This document shows, one piece after another, positions 59,230-64,000 of a stretch of 64,000 bases of DNA. The stretch covers positions 2,356,001 to 2,420,000 of the forward strand of contig NC_079239.1 in NCBI RefSeq assembly GCF_027921745.1, written 5' to 3'. Source of the stretch: Schizosaccharomyces osmophilus (Eukaryota). Both the position numbers and the translations under genes were made by a program. How positions within the stretch are numbered: position 1 is the first letter of the stretch; each line of letters begins with the position of its first letter. Under the pieces are notes generated by a model that saw only the letters and a list, made by a program, of their open reading frames with translations, was not told the origin of the DNA and searched no databases.

Positions 59230-60408
59230 ATGAAACATCATTCGAACAAGGCGAACAAACCAAAGAGTTCTAAACCTCGTTTGAGTCCCGAAGATTTACA
59301 GAAACGTTCTCATCATTTCAGGAAACAATTGACTCATGCTCTGAAGAAAGCTGTTGGGTTTGAGCGTCAAAAACTTGCCCGAAGAATTAAAAGCGCTAGA
59401 GAGCAGCAAGAGAATGACAAGGTTGCTAGATATGAAAAAGAGTTCGATTTCTCAAAAAAATATGATTTTTCTAAACTTACAGAGTTTTGCTTTCACCGAA
59501 AAGTTCTGCGTAATAAAGAGTATCGAATTTTGCTTGACGAACATAAACCGGTGGAATTCCCTTCAGATATCACGAATGATGAAGAAAAAAATGTTGTCGC
59601 ACGCTTACTGAATTCGAATCCTATTTCTGAATCCGTCAACGCTACTTGTCGCCTTCTAGATAAATGCATTTTAATGAACAATCCAGAGGCGGATTTTACA
59701 AAATCTAGGGATCAAAATATGTCATTAACGGCTGAACCAAAATTACATCCTGATGGTGTTCGTCGAAATCCTTCGCTGAACTTAGACAAGTCAGAGACCG
59801 AAAGTGAACGAGTACAGCAAAAGGAACCAGAGAAACATGAACTCTTTACTGAATCCTCTATCTCTCCAGAAAAGAATGCTTCTATTGAGCAACCCCATGA
59901 AGAGAACTTCAGACTTGAGAAGCGTAAAGTCTCATCAGAGGAGGATGTAAATCTGGAAGACAAAAGAAATACAACCATGGAAGACAATGATACGGAAGAT
60001 GAAATGTTTACCATCCCATCCACGAAGTCATCTGCTAATAACATTCCAGAGCTTGCTACCGGCTTTCTTGATCCGTTAGGCGAGGATGATGAATTTGTTG
60101 AAAAAGAAATGGACGAAATGGATCGCCCTAAAAGAAAGAATCGTCGTGGACAGCGTGCTAGACAAGCTATTTGGGAGAAGAAATTTGGAAAGACTGCGAA
60201 TCACGTCGTTAAAAAGAAGGAACAAGAACAACTAGAACGAGAAGAACGTCAACATAAATTCAATGAGCGTGAAGCTAAGCGTGCACAAAAAGCGGCCATA
60301 GCGACTTCACAAGAACCAGACAAACTTCATCCATCATGGGAAGCTAAGAAAAAGCAGAAACTACAGCCAGCAGGTACTTTCCAAGGAAAGAAAATCGTTT
60401 TTGACTAA
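59230..60408 (+). CDS. bud22: Ribosome biogenesis protein Bud22 (SRFBP1 family)
   Basis: ALKKAVGFERQKLARR, RKNRRGQRARQAIWEKKFG, LHPSWEAKK, FQGKKIVFD. Confidence 0.93.
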   Translation: MKHHSNKANKPKSSKPRLSPEDLQKRSHHFRKQLTHALKKAVGFERQKLARRIKSAREQQENDKVARYEKEFDFSKKYDFSKLTEFCFHRKVLRNKEYRILLDEHKPVEFPSDITNDEEKNVVARLLNSNPISESVNATCRLLDKCILMNNPEADFTKSRDQNMSLTAEPKLHPDGVRRNPSLNLDKSETESERVQQKEPEKHELFTESSISPEKNASIEQPHEENFRLEKRKVSSEEDVNLEDKRNTTMEDNDTEDEMFTIPSTKSSANNIPELATGFLDPLGEDDEFVEKEMDEMDRPKRKNRRGQRARQAIWEKKFGKTANHVVKKKEQEQLEREERQHKFNEREAKRAQKAAIATSQEPDKLHPSWEAKKKQKLQPAGTFQGKKIVFD

Positions 60409-60824
60409 ATGTTCAGATATATTGCTTTTGGTTTTTGTTGATGAGGTGTATAAAACTTTACATAGGGCGATGTATATAAAAAGGAGCAGCATCCTTGGGG
60501 TTTAATTAGGATGTATACACATGGTTTTAATGGCTACATGATTTCCAACTAATTTCAATACTATAATTTTTCATAAAACTTTTAAAGCCATAACTGACAC
60601 AAACCATAAATCATAATATTATTAGAGCAGTTGCGTGCTTAGTATTAAACATTACGAGAGTTAAAGTTCATTTCTATAAATTCGCTTCATGTATTACTCA
60701 TCTCATATTGTCTTTAAGAAAAAAAAAAAAAAAAAACCTCAGAACGTTCTAATTTGAGGAAGATTTAAAACAAGGATATACATTAATAAAATCCATGTAA
60801 CGAAAAAAATGATAGCCTTAAAAG

Positions 60825-63453
60825 TCACTTCATTATTCCTTCATTATCCTTCGATCCGATTCGTAAGGTAGTTGTAGGGTGAGTTTCTAAAGCCATATCG
60901 GTCATCGCAAAGAGTAGGTCGTCATCATAATTTGCATTATGTTCATTTAAATATTCAAAAGCAGGGGTTGAAGGAGCAACAGTTTGATGATTCTCAGGCA
61001 TGGAATCATAATGTTGGTTTGGATACTGGTGAGAAAGATTTGACTCGAGCACAAACGAAGGTGCGGGAGTCTTCGTAGGTTGATAGCTTGTAGACGTCAA
61101 AGAATGGTCCAGAGATTTTGACAAACTTGTCTGATATTCGAAACGTGGCGGCACCGAAGAAGAAGTACTCCTACTTGTCTCTCGTTGTTCCAGTATGGGA
61201 TAAGTAGCAGGAGCTACCAAATTTTTCTCACTCTTATCAAACGAAATTGGAAGTGAGGCTGGAGCGCTACCTTCGGTAGTCCCTTGTGGCATGTATGCAG
61301 GAGACAAGGGGGACAAACTAACAGAATCAGCGGGTTTCTCAGAGAAAGAAAGTCTCGAGCACAATGCACCTAAAGTATGGTCATGCACTATATGATGATT
61401 CGAGTTAGTCAAATCTTCCTTTGGAGCTGACGCTTTATCGTCTGTAACTGCAGTATTTGGATTTGGAGTAAAAGACTCAAAACCGAACAACTCGTTACTA
61501 CTTTCAGATATTTTACGTGGTCCTAAACGAGGAGATTCATTCAAAATCGGATCCCCCGGCTTTCCCAAAGAAGAAGATTCTGACTTGCTTTCACCATAGT
61601 GTTGTAAATGTTGAGCATGATTATCTAATAGCTGTATGAATCCACTTAAATCATCTCGTGGTGCATATTCAGTCTCATCAGCGACTTGGCCACTTCGATC
61701 TGCACTACTGGTTTCATAACTGTCGTGTTTTTGAACACTACGAATGGGCTGGTTAGCCGCCAACTGTAATCGAGCTCTTGAACTAGTACTTCCTCTTCGT
61801 TCCTTTGGTACAAAACTACTGCTGAATCGTCGAAGCATCGGGTGATTGTGAAAATCGTTGCCACTTAAACCGGTACTACCAGAACTAGGAAGAATGGGCA
61901 TTTTCGGCCGCGATTTATTTAAACTTTCTGAAATAACGGAAACCCTATTTAATGAAGAGCAAGAAGGCCCACGATGAATATATCGATTAACAGCAACTTT
62001 TGGAGATATGGACATTGTATCCAAATTGGATCCCGGAGAAGCAGAAAGTGAAGGGGATTTAAAAGGATGTATAGAAACAAGAGGAGCAGCATGAGCAGTT
62101 ATTGACTCAACACTAGCGAGCTGTTGTATCTCAGATTCCAAAAGCAAATTCGGATCATTCGATTTCGATTGCCGTCGAACTAACGAAGATGAGTGAGGAT
62201 GTAAGTATTGATTTCCACCATCTGTAGTCGATTGATTCCTATCAAAATGAGATTCAATACTGGGCAGATCAGCAGAAAGAAGTTGATTGGATAACATAGC
62301 ATCAGGATTATGGAATTGAAAATGGCAATCTTTTCGATATTGTACCGAAATACGAAAATTTCCCATAGGAGTGTTTACAGGGCTGAATGAATATGCAGCA
62401 ATGCTGTTTCCTAACGTGGGAGAGAGGACTGCATTAATAGGAATAAAATCTTCGTGAAGTAAATTATCCGTTGAAAGAGCGCATCCGACCTTTAAAGAAG
62501 CATTGTGAGCTCGAAGTCTATTGATGCGACTTTTTAGCTTCCATAAAGGCATAATGTGAGTATAGGTGTATAAAGAACGGAAAAGGACAACTAATTTTTT
62601 GTATAATACGGCCATTTCAACGGAAGTGGAAGAGCTCCCGCCATCCAATGATATTACCCAACGTTCAAGGACGATTTTTGAAGCATTAGTACGGTTTAAA
62701 TCGATGACATGATGTTGCTTTCCATCAAATATAGACAGTTTTTGATTTCTAGACAAATCCGACATGTCCAAATACGTATGTAATACCATCGGAGGGATCT
62801 TTCGGTCGGCAGTCATATCAATTGACTTCCATAATTTAAACTGGTCAGCATACACATCTGTTTCATTAACTTCCAAATTAAACTTAATAAACGTTAGCAC
62901 TACAATAGATAAAAAGACAAAAAGATCGATATAGACACAAAAGAGAGCCTGTTTTGTTTTGTTTTGTTAAGAAAGAATAGGGTATCTCTTAATTGGATGA
63001 TTTTCCTTAGATGTTGAAAAAAGCAGGAAGACGAAAGTACAAACTCCAATTGCAGAATTGCCATTCTCTTTTTTTTCCTTTACTTAGCTTTTGAAGAAAG
63101 TGTATACTTAACAAAACCAAAGTAGTCTCATACCATCTTTTTGCTAAGGACCTACCCATTTATTCTTTTTAGTTCCTTCTCGAGAGGAGCTGCTCCCAGC
63201 TATATTGAGTCGTGACTCTAATATCACTAGTCCTGTCTTGTAAAAGCAATGCTAAAAGCTGTAAGTACTCTCGAAATCCTTCGGACAGCTCTGTCCCTCT
63301 TGAAGCATAAACACATACGTGAATCACTTGCCCGATCTTGGCACTTTTTCCCCCTACAGAGGAATTGTCTCTAGAAGTTTCAATCGGAGAGGCCCCAATA
63401 TTTCCGTCAGGAGCCGAATACATTGGGGGAAGGTGCGTCGTAGGTCTGGGCAT
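60825..63453 (-). CDS. atg13: Autophagy protein Atg13 (HORMA domain + disordered tail); introns at ~63319-63252 and ~63156-62884
   Basis: Spliced QVIHHCFYKTGLVILESRL...NKWFNLE, KIVLERW, YKKLVVLFRSLYTYTHIMPLWKL, ISVQYRKDCHF, DDLSGFIQLLD. Confidence 0.92.
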
Positions 63454-64000
63454 ATCTATCTGGTTTCCATCAATACAATCCAGCAGTAAGTAGTGTCTAC
63501 GATTGGTATTAAAGAATTAGATATTTTACAATTGACGATTAGCTCATTCTTCTCGTAACAAAATCTTCTAAAAGGATTTGAATTGGGATTTGTTATGCGT
63601 GATTTGTGAAAGGTGTAAGTAATACAGCGGCGATTATGTATATAAGCATATAGTGAGATCTACTGGCACGTTATCAAAGATATCACTGAGATATGTCTTC
63701 TGTTATGTATAGCGTCATTATTATAATAAAGGGTATTTCCTGTATTATAGAATTACTAAACTATCAATCACGCGAAAGCAAAGGTCTTCTTATAGGAGCA
63801 AACAAATTTGGTCTTCTTTTTTTTTTTTTTTTGAATTTTGTAAAAGAATATAATTAGAATACTTTCGAAATCCATAGTGTGCTTCGATTCTTTTGTTTCT
63901 AACCTGCGCGACACAAATACTGTAACAACTTCATCAACCGAAAAACCCATATTTATTAGGTAAATAAAAATATCCTATATTAAACAAAATACCATTTCAA

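Overview
Eukaryotic, AT-rich, gene-dense DNA with short GT-AG introns (CTRAY branch points) from a fission yeast. Proteins are clear but diverged orthologues of Schizosaccharomyces pombe genes, so a non-pombe species, probably the S. octosporus/osmophilus/cryophilus clade (inference). From ~7 kb on it is mostly housekeeping genes that, from my recollection of S. pombe gene order, form three synteny blocks. Block 1: rsa1-[pmd1]-vps13-spo2-SET. Block 2: MINDY DUB-wdr21-Edc4-like-nce101-mrpl6-Caprin-like-rcl1-taf9-hsp60-cip2-efg1-sea4-arp3-PY-motif membrane protein. Block 3: trm7-ypa1-lip2-bud22-atg13. The first ~7 kb is an accessory 'graveyard' largely invisible in the ORF track: a 5S rDNA copy with two internal insertions, an intact intronless GOST/Lung-7TM gene, a decayed Ty3/gypsy gag-protease-RT relic, a probable shattered MFS transporter pseudogene and other coding-like debris. 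No tRNA, CRISPR or intact transposon was seen. I cannot demonstrate a new biological system; the left-end cluster is the best candidate for follow-up. Gene names and S. pombe comparisons come from memory, not from a search.
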